Source of the DNA: the human T2T-CHM13v2.0 reference genome, Homo sapiens
Assembly (NCBI RefSeq): GCF_009914755.1
Contig: NC_060940.1
Direction: 5' to 3' (one strand)
DNA: 64,000 nt
The first letter of the stretch is position 1; every line of letters begins with the position of its first letter. Shown here one piece after another: positions 28,301 through 43,816 of the stretch. The translations under genes were made by a program, and so were the position numbers. The notes under the pieces are model-generated. The model made no database searches. It was not told the DNA's origin and saw nothing but the letters and a program-made list of their open reading frames with translations.

Positions 28301-31300
28301 ATGATTCCATTCTATTCCATTCAATGATTGCATTCAATTCCATTCAATGATTATCCCATTAGAGTAAACTCAACGATTCCATTCAATACCATTCGATGAT
28401 GATTCCTTTTGAGTCCATTCAATGATTTCATTCAAGTCCATTTGATGATTCCTTTCAATTCCATTCTATGATGATTCCATTCGAGTCCATTCGATGATTC
28501 CATTCGATTGCATTCGATGATTCCATTATATTCCATTCAATGGTGATTCCATTCGAGTCCATTCGATGATTCCATTAGAGTACATTTAATGATTGCTTTG
28601 TTTTCAATTCGAAGATGATTACATTGGATTCCACTCTATGATACCATTCGATTCCATTCAATGATGATTCCACTCAAATCCATTGGATGATTCCATTCGT
28701 GTCCATTCGGTGATTTCATTAGATTCCATTCGAGGATGATTCCATTCGATTCCATTCGATGATTCCATTCAATTCCATTCGATGATGATTCCATTCCAGT
28801 CCATATGATCATTCCATTTGATTTCATTCGATGATGATTCCATTCGATTCCATTCGATGATTCCACTCTATTCCATTCGATGATGATTCCATTCGAGTCC
28901 ATTCGATGATTCCATTCGAGTCCATTTAATGATTCCATTGGGTTCAATTCAATGATGATTACATTGGATTCCGTTCTATGATTCCATTCAATTCCGTTCA
29001 TTGACAATTTGATTCCATTCGATGATGATTCCATTTGAGTTCATTCGATGATTCTATTCGATTCCCTTCGATGGTGATTCAATTCTATTATATTGGATGA
29101 TTCCATTCGATTCCATTTGATGTTGATTCAATTCGATTCTATTCGATGATGATTCCATTGGATTTCACTTGATGATTCTATTCGATTCCATTCAATGATG
29201 ATTCACTTCTCGTCCATTGGATGATTCCATTTCATTCCATTCGATGATGATTCCATTCGATTCCATTCGATGATTCCATTTGATTCCATGCGACGGTGAG
29301 CAATTCGATTCAATTCCATGATGATTCTATTTGATTCAATTAGATGATGTTTCCATTCGAATCCATTCCATGATTATTCCATTGGAATCCAATCGGCGAT
29401 GATTCCATATGAGTCAATTCAATGATGATTCCATATGGGTCCGTTCGATGATAATTCCATTTGATTTCATTCGATGCTTCTATTCTATTCCAGTCGATGA
29501 TGATTCCGTTGGAGTCCATACGATGATTCCATTTGATTTCATTTGATGATGATTCCATTCGATGAGGATTACATTGGATTCCATTCTATGATTCCATTCA
29601 ATTCCATTCGTTGATGATTCGATTCCATTCAATGATGATTCCATTTGAGTTCATTCGATGATTCTATTCGATTCCGTTCGATGGTGATTCAATTCTATTA
29701 TATTGGATGATTCCACTCGATTCCATTTGATGATTATTCCATTGGAGTCCACTTAGTGAATCCTTTAGATTCTACTCGACGATGATTCCATTCGAGTCCA
29801 TTCGATGATACCATTCAATTCCATTCGTTGATGCTTCCATTCAAGTGCATTCAATGATATCATTCGATTCCATTTGATGGTAATTCCATTTGATTCCATG
29901 CGATGATTCTATTCGATTCCATTCAATGATAATTCCATTCAATTCAGTGATTCCTCTGGACTCCATTTGATGATGATTCCATTCAATGATTCCATTCGAT
30001 TCTATTCGAAAATGATTCCATTTGAATCCATTTGATGATGATTCCATTAGATTCCATTTGATGATTCCATTCGATTCCATTCGACGATGATTCCATTCGA
30101 TTCCGTTTGATGATTCCATTCTATTCTATTCGATGATGATTCCATTCGATTCCATTCGATGATGATTGGATTCGATTCCATTGGATGATTTCATTTGATT
30201 CCATTCGTTAATGATTTTGATCAATTCCATTCGATGATTCCATTCGATTCCATTTGATAATGATTACATCCGAGTCCATTCGGTGATTCCCTTTGAGCCT
30301 GTTCGATAATTCCATTTGAGTCCAACCAATGATTCCATTCATTTCCATTCAATGATTCCATTCGAGTCCATTTGATCATTCCGGTAGGGTCCATTCGATG
30401 TTGATTCCATTGGAGTGCATTCGATGATTCCATTCGAGTCCATTTTAGGATTTGATTCGAGTCCTTTCGATGATTCCATTCGATTCCACTCGATGATGAT
30501 TTCATTCGAGTCCATTCGACACTTCCAATCGATTCCATTTGATGATTCCATTCGAGTCCAATTGATGATTCCATTCAATTCCATTCGATGATGATTCCGT
30601 ACGATTCCATTCTGTGATGATTCCATGTGATTGCATTCAATGATGATTCCTTTCGATTGCATTCGATTATGATTCATTTCGTGTTCATTCTATGGTTCCA
30701 CAGGTTTCCATTCGTGTCCATTCCATTATTCCATTCTATTCCATTTGATGATGATTCCATTCGATTCCATTCATTGGTGATTCCACTCAATTCCATTCAA
30801 TGATTCCATTCCATTTCTTTCAACAATGATTCCATTAGTTTCTAATCGATGATCCACTTGATTCCATTTGACGACGATTCCATTCTTGTCCATTCGATGA
30901 TTCCATTTGATTCCATATGATGATGATTCCATTCGATTCCATACCATGATGATTCCATTCGAGTCCATTCAATGGTGATTCCATTCAATTCCATTCGATG
31001 ATTCCTTTTGATTCCATTCGATGATGATGGCATTCGATTCCTTTCATTCCCTTTGATTCCATTCAAAGGTGATTTCATTCAAGTCCATTCGATAATTGCA
31101 TTCGATTCCATTCTATGATGATTCCATTCGAGTCCATTTGATGATTCCATTCAATTCAAGTCAATGATGATTCCATTCGATTCCATTCGATGATTCCACT
31201 CGATTCCATTAGATGATTCCATTGGAGTCCATTTGATTGTACCATTCGATTCCATTCGATTCCTTTCGAAGATTATTCCATTTGAGTCCATTCGATGATG

Positions 31301-34300
31301 ATCCCATTCCATTCCATTCGATGATTCCGTTTGATTCCATTCGATGATTCCCTTCGATTCCTTTCTGTGATGATTCCATTCCATTCCATTCAATGATTCC
31401 ATTCGAATCTATTCCATGATGATTCCTTTCGATTCCATTCGCTGATGTTTCCGTTCAATTCCATTCGATGATGATTCCATTCGATTCCATTCATGGAGGA
31501 TTCCATTTGATTCCATTCAATGATGATTCCATTCTATTCCATTCAATGATTGCATTCAATTCCATTCAATGATTATCCCCTTAGAGTAAACTCAACGATT
31601 CCATTCAATACCATTCGATGATGATTCCTTTTGAGTCCATTCAATGATTTCATTCAAGTCCATTTGATGATTCCTTTCAATTCCATTCTATGATGATTCC
31701 ATTCGAGTCCATTCGATGATTCCATTCGATTGCATTCGATGATTCCATTATATTCCATTCAACGGTGATTCCATTCGAGTCCATTCCATGATTCCATTAG
31801 AGTACATTTAATGATTGCTTTGTTTTCAATTCGAAGATGATTACATTGGATTCCATTCTATGATACCATTCGATTCCATTCAATGATGATTCCACTCAAA
31901 TCCATTGGATGATTCCATTCGTGTCCATTCGGTGATTTCATTAGATTCCATTCGAGGATGATTCCATTCGATTCCATTCGATGATTCCATTCAATTCCAT
32001 TCGATGATGATTCCATTCCAGTCCATATGATCATTCCATTTGATTTCATTCGATGATGATTCCATTCGATTCCATTCGATGATTCCATTCTATTCCATTC
32101 GATGATGATTCCATTCGAGTCCATTCGATGATTCCATTCGAGTCCATTTAATGATTCCATTGGGTTCAATTCAATGATGATTACATTGGATTTCGTTCTA
32201 TGATTCCATTCAATTCCGTTCATTGACAATTTGATTCCATTCGATGATGATTCCATTTGAGTTCATTCGATGATTCTATTCGATTCTCTTCGATGGTGAT
32301 TCAATTCTATTATATTGGATGATTCCATTCGATTCCATTTGATGTTGATTCAATTCGATTCTATTCGATGATGATTCCATTGGATTTCACTTGATGATTC
32401 TATTCGATTCCATTCAATGATGATTCACTTCTCGTCCATTGGATGATTCCATTTCATTCCATTCGATGATGATTCCATTCGATTCCATTCGATGATTCCA
32501 TTTGATTCCATGCGACGGTGAGCAATTCGATTCAATTCCATGATGATTCTATTTGATTCAATTAGATGATGTTTCCATTCGAATCCATTCCATGATTATT
32601 CCATTGGAATCCATTCGGCGATGATTCCATATGAGTCAATTCAATGATGATTCCATATGGGTCCGTTCGATGATAATTCCATTTGATTTCATTCGATGCT
32701 TCTATTCTATTCCAGTCGATGATGATTCCGTTGGAGTCCATACGATGATTCCATTTGATTTCATTTGATGATGATTCCATTCGATGACGATTACATTGGA
32801 TTCCATTCTATGATTCCATTCAATTCCATTCGTTGATGATTCGATTCCATTCAATGATGATTCCATTTGAGTTCATTCGATGATTCTATTCGATTCCGTT
32901 CGATGGTGATTCAATTCTATTATATTGGATGATTCCACTCGATTCCATTTGATGATTATTCCATTGGAGTCCACTTAGTGAATCCTTTAGATTCTACTCG
33001 ACGATGATTCCATTCGAGTCCATTCGATGATACCATTCAATTCCATTCGTTGATGCTTCCATTCAAGTGCATTCGATGATATCATTCGATTCCATTTGAT
33101 GATAATTCCATTTGATTCCATGCGATGATTCTATTCGATTCCATTCAATGATAATTCCATTCAATTCAGTGATTCCTCTGGACTCCATTTGATGATGATT
33201 CCATTCAATGATTCCATTCGATTCTATTCGAAAATGATTCCATTTGAATCCATTTGATGATGATTCCATTGGATTCCATTTGATGATTCCATTCGATTCC
33301 ATTCGACGATGATTCCATTCGATTCCATTGGATGATTCCATTCTATTCTATTCGATGATGATTCCATTCGATTCCATTCGATGATGATTGGATTCGATTC
33401 CATTTGATGATTTCATTTGATTCCATTCGTTAATGATTTCGATCAATTCCATTCAATGATTCCATTCGATTCCATTCGATAATGATTACATCCGAGTCCA
33501 TTCGATGATTCCCTTTGAGCCTGTTCGATAATTCCATTTGAGTCCAACCAATGATTCCATTCATTTCCATTCAATGATTCCATTCGAGTCCATTTGATCA
33601 TTCCGGTAGGGTCCATTCGATGTTGATTCCATTGGAGTGCATTCGATGATTCCATTCGAGTCCATTTTAGGATTTGATTCGAGTCCTTTCGATGATTCCA
33701 TTCGATTCCACTCGATGATGATTTCATTCGAGTCCATTCGACACTTCCAATCGATTCCATTTGATGATTCCATTCGAGTCCAATTGATGATTCCATTCAA
33801 TTCCATTCGATGATGATTCCGTACGATTCCATTCTGTGATGATTCCATGTGATTGCATTCAATGATGATTCATTTCGATTGCATTCGATTATGATTCATT
33901 TCGTGTTCATTCTATGGTTCCACAGGTTTCCATTCGTGTCCATTCCATTATTCCATTCTATTCCATTTGATGATGATTCCATTCGATTCCATTCATTGGT
34001 GATTCCACTCAATTCCATTCAATGATTCCATTCCATTTCTTTCAACAATGATTCCATTAGTTTCTAATCGATGATCCACTTGATTCCATTTGACGACGAT
34101 TCCATTCTTGTCCATTCGATGATTCCATTTGATTCCATATGATGATGATTCCATTCGATTCCATACCATGATGATTCCATTCGAGTCCATTCAATGGTGA
34201 TTCCATTCAATTCCATTCGATGATTCCTTTTGATTCCATTCGATGATGATGGCATTCGATTCCTTTCAATCATTCCCTTTGATTCCATTCAAAGGTGATT

Positions 34301-34505
34301 TCATTCAAGTCCATTCGATAATTGCATTCGATTCCATTCTATGATGATTCCATTCGAGTCCATTTGATGATTCCATTCAATTCAAGTCAATGATGATTCC
34401 ATTCGATTCCAATCGATGATTCCATTGGATTCCATTCGATGATGATTCCACTTGATTGCATTTACGATGATTCCATTCGATTCCATGTGATGATTCCATT
34501 CAATT
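25313..34505 (+). repeat. 9193-bp compound repeat, copy 1 (near-full unit plus a 3222-bp partial unit)
   Basis: The ORF set 25313-34288 recurs with identical translations at +9193. Internal landmark repeat 28636/31858 is 3222 bp apart. Confidence 0.92.
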
Positions 34506-37500
34506 CTATTCAATGATGTCTCCATTTGATTCCATTCGACCATGATTGCCTTTGATTCCATTCAATGATTCCATTCGGTTCCGTTTGATGATGATTCCGT
34601 TCGATTCCATTTGATGATTCCATTTGATTCCATTGGATGAGTCCATTCGATTACATTCGATGATTATTCCATTCGAGTGCATTAGATGATTCCATTCGAG
34701 TCCATTCGATGATTCCATTCGGTTCCATTCGATGTTGATTCTGTTCAAATCCATTCGATGATTCCACTCGATTCCATTCGTTGACTCCATTTGATCCCAT
34801 TCGATGATTTCCTTTGATTCCCTTTGATGATCATTCCATTTGATTCAATTCGGTGATTTCATTTGATTCCATTCAGTGATGTTTCCATTCAACTCCATTC
34901 GATGATGATTCCATTCGACTCCATTCGATTATGATTTCATTCAATTCCATTCGATAATGATTCCCTTCGAGTCCATTCGATGATTCCATTAGATTCCATT
35001 CAACGATGATTTGATTCGTGTCCATTCGATGATTCCATTTGATTCCACTTGATGATGATTCCATTCGAGTCCATTTGATGATTCCATTCAATTCCATACT
35101 CCGATGATTTCTTTTGAGCCCACTCAATGCTTCCACTCGATTCCATATGATGATGACTCCATTCGATGAAATTCGATGATGATTCCATTCGCTTGCTTTC
35201 GATGATGATTCCACTTGAGTCCGTTAGAAGATTCTATTCAATTACATTCCATGACGATTCCGTTCGAGTCCATTTGATGATTCCATTAGACTCCATTCGA
35301 CGATGATTCCATTCGATGTTATTCGATGATTCCATTAGATCTCATTCGATGATGATTCCATTCAACTCCATTCGATGTTTCCATTCGAGTTCATTCTATT
35401 ATTCCATTAGATTCCATTCGATGATGATTCCATTCGATTCCATTTGATGATTGCATTCTATTTCATTTGATGATGATTCCATTCGAGTCCATTTAATGAA
35501 TCCATTGGTTTCAATTCTATGATGATTACATTGGATTCCATTCGTTGATGATTTCATTCGGTTCCATTCAATGATGATTCCATTCAATTCCTTTCAATGT
35601 TTCCATTCAATTCCATACGATGATGATTCCATTTGATGTGATTCGACAGTGAGCCATTCGATTCAATTCCATGATGATTCAATTTGATTCAATTGGTTGA
35701 CATTTCCATTCGATTCCATTCGATGATTATTCCCATTGATTCCGTTCAAAAATGATTCCATTCTAGCCCATTCAATCATTCCATTCGATTCTATTCAATG
35801 ATGATTCCATTCATGTCGATTTGGTGATTCCATTTGACTTCATTTGATGATGATTCCTTTCAAGTTCATTAGATGATTCCATTCGATTCCATTTGATGAT
35901 GATCCCATTCGAGTCCATTCAGTGATTCCATTCGTTTCCATTCCATGATGATTCCATTCCTTTCCATTCAATGATTCCATTCGATTCCGTTTGATGATGA
36001 TTTCATTCGAGTCCATTTGATGATTCCATTTGATTCCATTCGATGATGATTCCATTCGAGTCCATTCGATGATTCTATTCGAATCCATTTGATGATTTCT
36101 TTTGATTATATTTGGTGATGATTCCATTGGAGTCCATTCAATGATTCCATTCTATTCCAATCGATGATGATTCCATTAGAGTCCATTTAATGATTCCATT
36201 TGATTCCAGTCTCTGATGATTACATTCGAGTCCATACGATGATTCCACTCAATTCCATATGATGATGATTCCATTTGATTCCATTCGGTGATTCCATTCT
36301 ATTCTATTCAATGGTGATTCCATTCGAGTACATTAGATGATTCCATTCGATTCCATTCAATGATGATTCTATTTGTGTCCCTTAGATGATTCCACATGAT
36401 TCCATTAGATGATGATACTATTTGAGCCCATCCAATGATTCCCTTCGATTCCATTCGATGAGGATTCCATTCGATTCAATTCATTGGTGATTCTATTCAA
36501 TTCAATTCTTTGATTCCATTCCATTCCATTCGACAATGATTCCATTCGATTTCTTTCGATGATTCCACTCGATTCCACTTGACATTGATTCCATTCGATT
36601 CCATTCAATGATTCCATTTGATTCCAGTGGATGATGATTGCCATCGATTCCATTCGATCACTCCATTCTATTCCATTTGATGATGATTACATTCGATTCC
36701 ATTTGATGATTCCATCTGATTCTATTCGAGGATTCCATTTGATTCCATTTGATGATGATTCCATTCGAGTCCATTCGATGATTTCATTCGAGTACATCCA
36801 ATGATTCCATTCGAGTCCATTAGATGATTCCATTTGATTCCATTTGAAAATGATTCTACTAGAGTCCATTCAATGACTCCATTCGAGTCCATTCAACAAT
36901 TCCATTCGACTCCATTCGATGATTCCATTCGATTCCATTTGATGGTTCCATTCGAGTCCATTTAATCATTACAGTCGAGTCCATTTGGTGATTCCACTGG
37001 ATTTCTTTTGATAATGATACCATTCAATTACATTTGATGATGATCCCATTCAATTTCATTTGATGATGATTCCATTAGAGTCCATTCGATGATTTCATTC
37101 GAGTCCCTTCATTGATTCCATCCGATTTCATTGGATGATGACTCCATTCGAGTCCATTCGATGATTCCACTCGATTCCATTAGATGACTCCATTGGAGTC
37201 CATTTGATTGTTCCATTCGATTCCATTCGATTCCTTTCGAAGATTATTCCATTTGAGTCCATTCGATGATGATTCCATTCCATTCCATTCGATGATTCCG
37301 TTTGATTCCATTCGATGATTCCCTTCGATTCCTTTCTTTGATGATTCCATTCCATTCCATTCAATGATTCCATTCGAATCTATTCCATGATGATTCCTTT
37401 CGATTCCATTCGCTGATGTTTCCGTTCAATTCCATTCGATGATGATTCCATTCGATTCCATTCATTGAGGATTCCATTTGATTCCATTCAATGATGATTC

Positions 37501-40500
37501 CATTCTATTCCATTCAATGATTGCATTCAATTCCATTCAATGATTATCCCATTAGAGTAAACTCAACGATTCCATTCAATACCATTCGATGATGATTCCT
37601 TTTGAGTCCATTCAATGATTTCATTCAAGTCCATTTGATGATTCCTTTCAATTCCATTCTATGATGATTCCATTCGAGTCCATTCGATGATTCCATTCGA
37701 TTGCATTCGATGATTCCATTATATTCCATTCAATGGTGATTCCATTCGAGTCCATTCGATGATTCCATTAGAGTACATTTAATGATTGCTTTGTTTTCAA
37801 TTCGAAGATGATTACATTGGATTCCACTCTATGATACCATTCGATTCCATTCAATGATGATTCCACTCAAATCCATTGGATGATTCCATTCGTGTCCATT
37901 CGGTGATTTCATTAGATTCCATTCGAGGATGATTCCATTCGATTCCATTCGATGATTCCATTCAATTCCATTCGATGATGATTCCATTCCAGTCCATATG
38001 ATCATTCCATTTGATTTCATTCGATGATGATTCCATTCGATTCCATTCGATGATTCCACTCTATTCCATTCGATGATGATTCCATTCGAGTCCATTCGAT
38101 GATTCCATTCGAGTCCATTTAATGATTCCATTGGGTTCAATTCAATGATGATTACATTGGATTCCGTTCTATGATTCCATTCAATTCCGTTCATTGACAA
38201 TTTGATTCCATTCGATGATGATTCCATTTGAGTTCATTCGATGATTCTATTCGATTCCCTTCGATGGTGATTCAATTCTATTATATTGGATGATTCCATT
38301 CGATTCCATTTGATGTTGATTCAATTCGATTCTATTCGATGATGATTCCATTGGATTTCACTTGATGATTCTATTCGATTCCATTCAATGATGATTCACT
38401 TCTCGTCCATTGGATGATTCCATTTCATTCCATTCGATGATGATTCCATTCGATTCCATTCGATGATTCCATTTGATTCCATGCGACGGTGAGCAATTCG
38501 ATTCAATTCCATGATGATTCTATTTGATTCAATTAGATGATGTTTCCATTCGAATCCATTCCATGATTATTCCATTGGAATCCAATCGGCGATGATTCCA
38601 TATGAGTCAATTCAATGATGATTCCATATGGGTCCGTTCGATGATAATTCCATTTGATTTCATTCGATGCTTCTATTCTATTCCAGTCGATGATGATTCC
38701 GTTGGAGTCCATACGATGATTCCATTTGATTTCATTTGATGATGATTCCATTCGATGAGGATTACATTGGATTCCATTCTATGATTCCATTCAATTCCAT
38801 TCGTTGATGATTCGATTCCATTCAATGATGATTCCATTTGAGTTCATTCGATGATTCTATTCGATTCCGTTCGATGGTGATTCAATTCTATTATATTGGA
38901 TGATTCCACTCGATTCCATTTGATGATTATTCCATTGGAGTCCACTTAGTGAATCCTTTAGATTCTACTCGACGATGATTCCATTCGAGTCCATTCGATG
39001 ATACCATTCAATTCCATTCGTTGATGCTTCCATTCAAGTGCATTCAATGATATCATTCGATTCCATTTGATGGTAATTCCATTTGATTCCATGCGATGAT
39101 TCTATTCGATTCCATTCAATGATAATTCCATTCAATTCAGTGATTCCTCTGGACTCCATTTGATGATGATTCCATTCAATGATTCCATTCGATTCTATTC
39201 GAAAATGATTCCATTTGAATCCATTTGATGATGATTCCATTAGATTCCATTTGATGATTCCATTCGATTCCATTCGACGATGATTCCATTCGATTCCGTT
39301 TGATGATTCCATTCTATTCTATTCGATGATGATTCCATTCGATTCCATTCGATGATGATTGGATTCGATTCCATTGGATGATTTCATTTGATTCCATTCG
39401 TTAATGATTTTGATCAATTCCATTCGATGATTCCATTCGATTCCATTTGATAATGATTACATCCGAGTCCATTCGGTGATTCCCTTTGAGCCTGTTCGAT
39501 AATTCCATTTGAGTCCAACCAATGATTCCATTCATTTCCATTCAATGATTCCATTCGAGTCCATTTGATCATTCCGGTAGGGTCCATTCGATGTTGATTC
39601 CATTGGAGTGCATTCGATGATTCCATTCGAGTCCATTTTAGGATTTGATTCGAGTCCTTTCGATGATTCCATTCGATTCCACTCGATGATGATTTCATTC
39701 GAGTCCATTCGACACTTCCAATCGATTCCATTTGATGATTCCATTCGAGTCCAATTGATGATTCCATTCAATTCCATTCGATGATGATTCCGTACGATTC
39801 CATTCTGTGATGATTCCATGTGATTGCATTCAATGATGATTCCTTTCGATTGCATTCGATTGTGATTCATTTCGTCTTCATTCTATGGTTCCACTGGTTT
39901 CCATTCGTGTCCATTCCATTATTCCATTCTATTCCATTTGATGATGATTCCATTCGATTCCATTCATTGGTGATTCCACTCAATTCCATTCAATGATTCC
40001 ATTCCATTTCTTTCAACAATGATTCCATTAGTTTCTAATCGATGATCCACTTGATTCCATTTGACGACGATTCCATTCTTGTCCATTCGATGATTCCATT
40101 TGATTCCATATGATGATGATTCCATTCGATTCCATACCATGATGATTCCATTCGAGTCCATTCAATGGTGATTCCATTCAATTCCATTCGATGATTCCTT
40201 TTGATTCCATTCGATGATGATGGCATTCGATTCCTTTCATTCCCTTTGATTCCATTCAAAGGTGATTTCATTCAAGTCCATTCGATAATTGCATTCGATT
40301 CCATTCTATGATGATTCCATTCGAGTCCATTTGATGATTCCATTCAATTCAAGTCAATGATGATTCCATTCGATTCCATTCGATGATTCCACTCGATTCC
40401 ATTAGATGATTCCATTGGAGTCCATTTGATTGTACCATTCGATTCCATTCGATTCCTTTCGAAGATTATTCCATTTGAGTCCATTCGATGATGATCCCAT

Positions 40501-43500
40501 TCCATTCCATTCGATGATTCCGTTTGATTCCATTCGATGATTCCCTTCGATTCCTTTCTGTGATGATTCCATTCCATTCCATTCAATGATTCCATTCGAA
40601 TCTATTCCATGATGATTCCTTTCGATTCCATTCGCTGATGTTTCCGTTCAATTCCATTCGATGATGATTCCATTCGATTCCATTCATGGAGGATTCCATT
40701 TGATTCCATTCAATGATGATTCCATTCTATTCCATTCAATGATTGCATTCAATTCCATTCAATGATTATCCCCTTAGAGTAAACTCAACGATTCCATTCA
40801 ATACCATTCGATGATGATTCCTTTTGAGTCCATTCAATGATTTCATTCAAGTCCATTTGATGATTCCTTTCAATTCCATTCTATGATGATTCCATTCGAG
40901 TCCATTCGATGATTCCATTCGATTGCATTCGATGATTCCATTATATTCCATTCAACGGTGATTCCATTCGAGTCCATTCCATGATTCCATTAGAGTACAT
41001 TTAATGATTGCTTTGTTTTCAATTCGAAGATGATTACATTGGATTCCATTCTATGATACCATTCGATTCCATTCAATGATGATTCCACTCAAATCCATTG
41101 GATGATTCCATTCGTGTCCATTCGGTGATTTCATTAGATTCCATTCGAGGATGATTCCATTCGATTCCATTCGATGATTCCATTCAATTCCATTCGATGA
41201 TGATTCCATTCCAGTCCATATGATCATTCCATTTGATTTCATTCGATGATGATTCCATTCGATTCCATTCGATGATTCCATTCTATTCCATTCGATGATG
41301 ATTCCATTCGAGTCCATTCGATGATTCCATTCGAGTCCATTTAATGATTCCATTGGGTTCAATTCAATGATGATTACATTGGATTTCGTTCTATGATTCC
41401 ATTCAATTCCGTTCATTGACAATTTGATTCCATTCGATGATGATTCCATTTGAGTTCATTCGATGATTCTATTCGATTCTCTTCGATGGTGATTCAATTC
41501 TATTATATTGGATGATTCCATTCGATTCCATTTGATGTTGATTCAATTCGATTCTATTCGATGATGATTCCATTGGATTTCACTTGATGATTCTATTCGA
41601 TTCCATTCAATGATGATTCACTTCTCGTCCATTGGATGATTCCATTTCATTCCATTCGATGATGATTCCATTCGATTCCATTCGATGATTCCATTTGATT
41701 CCATGCGACGGTGAGCAATTCGATTCAATTCCATGATGATTCTATTTGATTCAATTAGATGATGTTTCCATTCGAATCCATTCCATGATTATTCCATTGG
41801 AATCCATTCGGCGATGATTCCATATGAGTCAATTCAATGATGATTCCATATGGGTCCGTTCGATGATAATTCCATTTGATTTCATTCGATGCTTCTATTC
41901 TATTCCAGTCGATGATGATTCCGTTGGAGTCCATACGATGATTCCATTTGATTTCATTTGATGATGATTCCATTCGATGACGATTACATTGGATTCCATT
42001 CTATGATTCCATTCAATTCCATTCGTTGATGATTCGATTCCATTCAATGATGATTCCATTTGAGTTCATTCGATGATTCTATTCGATTCCGTTCGATGGT
42101 GATTCAATTCTATTATATTGGATGATTCCACTCGATTCCATTTGATGATTATTCCATTGGAGTCCACTTAGTGAATCCTTTAGATTCTACTCGACGATGA
42201 TTCCATTCGAGTCCATTCGATGATACCATTCAATTCCATTCGTTGATGCTTCCATTCAAGTGCATTCGATGATATCATTCGATTCCATTTGATGATAATT
42301 CCATTTGATTCCATGCGATGATTCTATTCGATTCCATTCAATGATAATTCCATTCAATTCAGTGATTCCTCTGGACTCCATTTGATGATGATTCCATTCA
42401 ATGATTCCATTCGATTCTATTCGAAAATGATTCCATTTGAATCCATTTGATGATGATTCCATTGGATTCCATTTGATGATTCCATTCGATTCCATTCGAC
42501 GATGATTCCATTCGATTCCATTGGATGATTCCATTCTATTCTATTCGATGATGATTCCATTCGATTCCATTCGATGATGATTGGATTCGATTCCATTTGA
42601 TGATTTCATTTGATTCCATTCGTTAATGATTTCGATCAATTCCATTCAATGATTCCATTCGATTCCATTCGATAATGATTACATCCGAGTCCATTCGATG
42701 ATTCCCTTTGAGCCTGTTCGATAATTCCATTTGAGTCCAACCAATGATTCCATTCATTTCCATTCAATGATTCCATTCGAGTCCATTTGATCATTCCGGT
42801 AGGGTCCATTCGATGTTGATTCCATTGGAGTGCATTCGATGATTCCATTCGAGTCCATTTTAGGATTTGATTCGAGTCCTTTCGATGATTCCATTCGATT
42901 CCACTCGATGATGATTTCATTCGAGTCCATTCGACACTTCCAATCGATTCCATTTGATGATTCCATTCGAGTCCAATTGATGATTCCATTCAATTCCATT
43001 CGATGATGATTCCGTACGATTCCATTCTGTGATGATTCCATGTGATTGCATTCAATGATGATTCATTTCGATTGCATTCGATTATGATTCATTTCGTGTT
43101 CATTCTATGGTTCCACAGGTTTCCATTCGTGTCCATTCCATTATTCCATTCTATTCCATTTGATGATGATTCCATTCGATTCCATTCATTGGTGATTCCA
43201 CTCAATTCCATTCAATGATTCCATTCCATTTCTTTCAACAATGATTCCATTAGTTTCTAATCGATGATCCACTTGATTCCATTTGACGACGATTCCATTC
43301 TTGTCCATTCGATGATTCCATTTGATTCCATATGATGATGATTCCATTCGATTCCATACCATGATGATTCCATTCGAGTCCATTCAATGGTGATTCCATT
43401 CAATTCCATTCGATGATTCCTTTTGATTCCATTCGATGATGATGGCATTCGATTCCTTTCAATCATTCCCTTTGATTCCATTCAAAGGTGATTTCATTCA

Positions 43501-43816
43501 AGTCCATTCGATAATTGCATTCGATTCCATTCTATGATGATTCCATTCGAGTCCATTTGATGATTCCATTCAATTCAAGTCAATGATGATTCCATTCGAT
43601 TCCATTCGATGATTCCATTGGATTCCATTCGATGATGATTCCATTCAAATCCATTCGATAATTCAATTCAAGTCCATTCGATGATGATTCCAATCGAATC
43701 CATTCAAAGATTCCATTCAGTTCCATTCGATGATTCCCTTAGATTCCATTCGATGATTCCACTTGATTGCATTTACGATGATTCCATTCGATTCCATGTG
43801 ATGATTCCATTCAATT
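34506..43816 (+). repeat. 9193-bp compound repeat, copy 2 (9311 bp to the next landmark because it lacks the terminal 118-bp deletion)
   Basis: Same private variants and the same 2886-bp junction (~40385) as copy 1. 9193+118=9311. Confidence 0.92.

Noticed and set aside
27975-34420. 3222-bp-spaced blocks as a recent simple tandem duplication
   Set aside because: The blocks differ at many positions. A 2886-bp deletion or unequal exchange between two diverged units explains them better.
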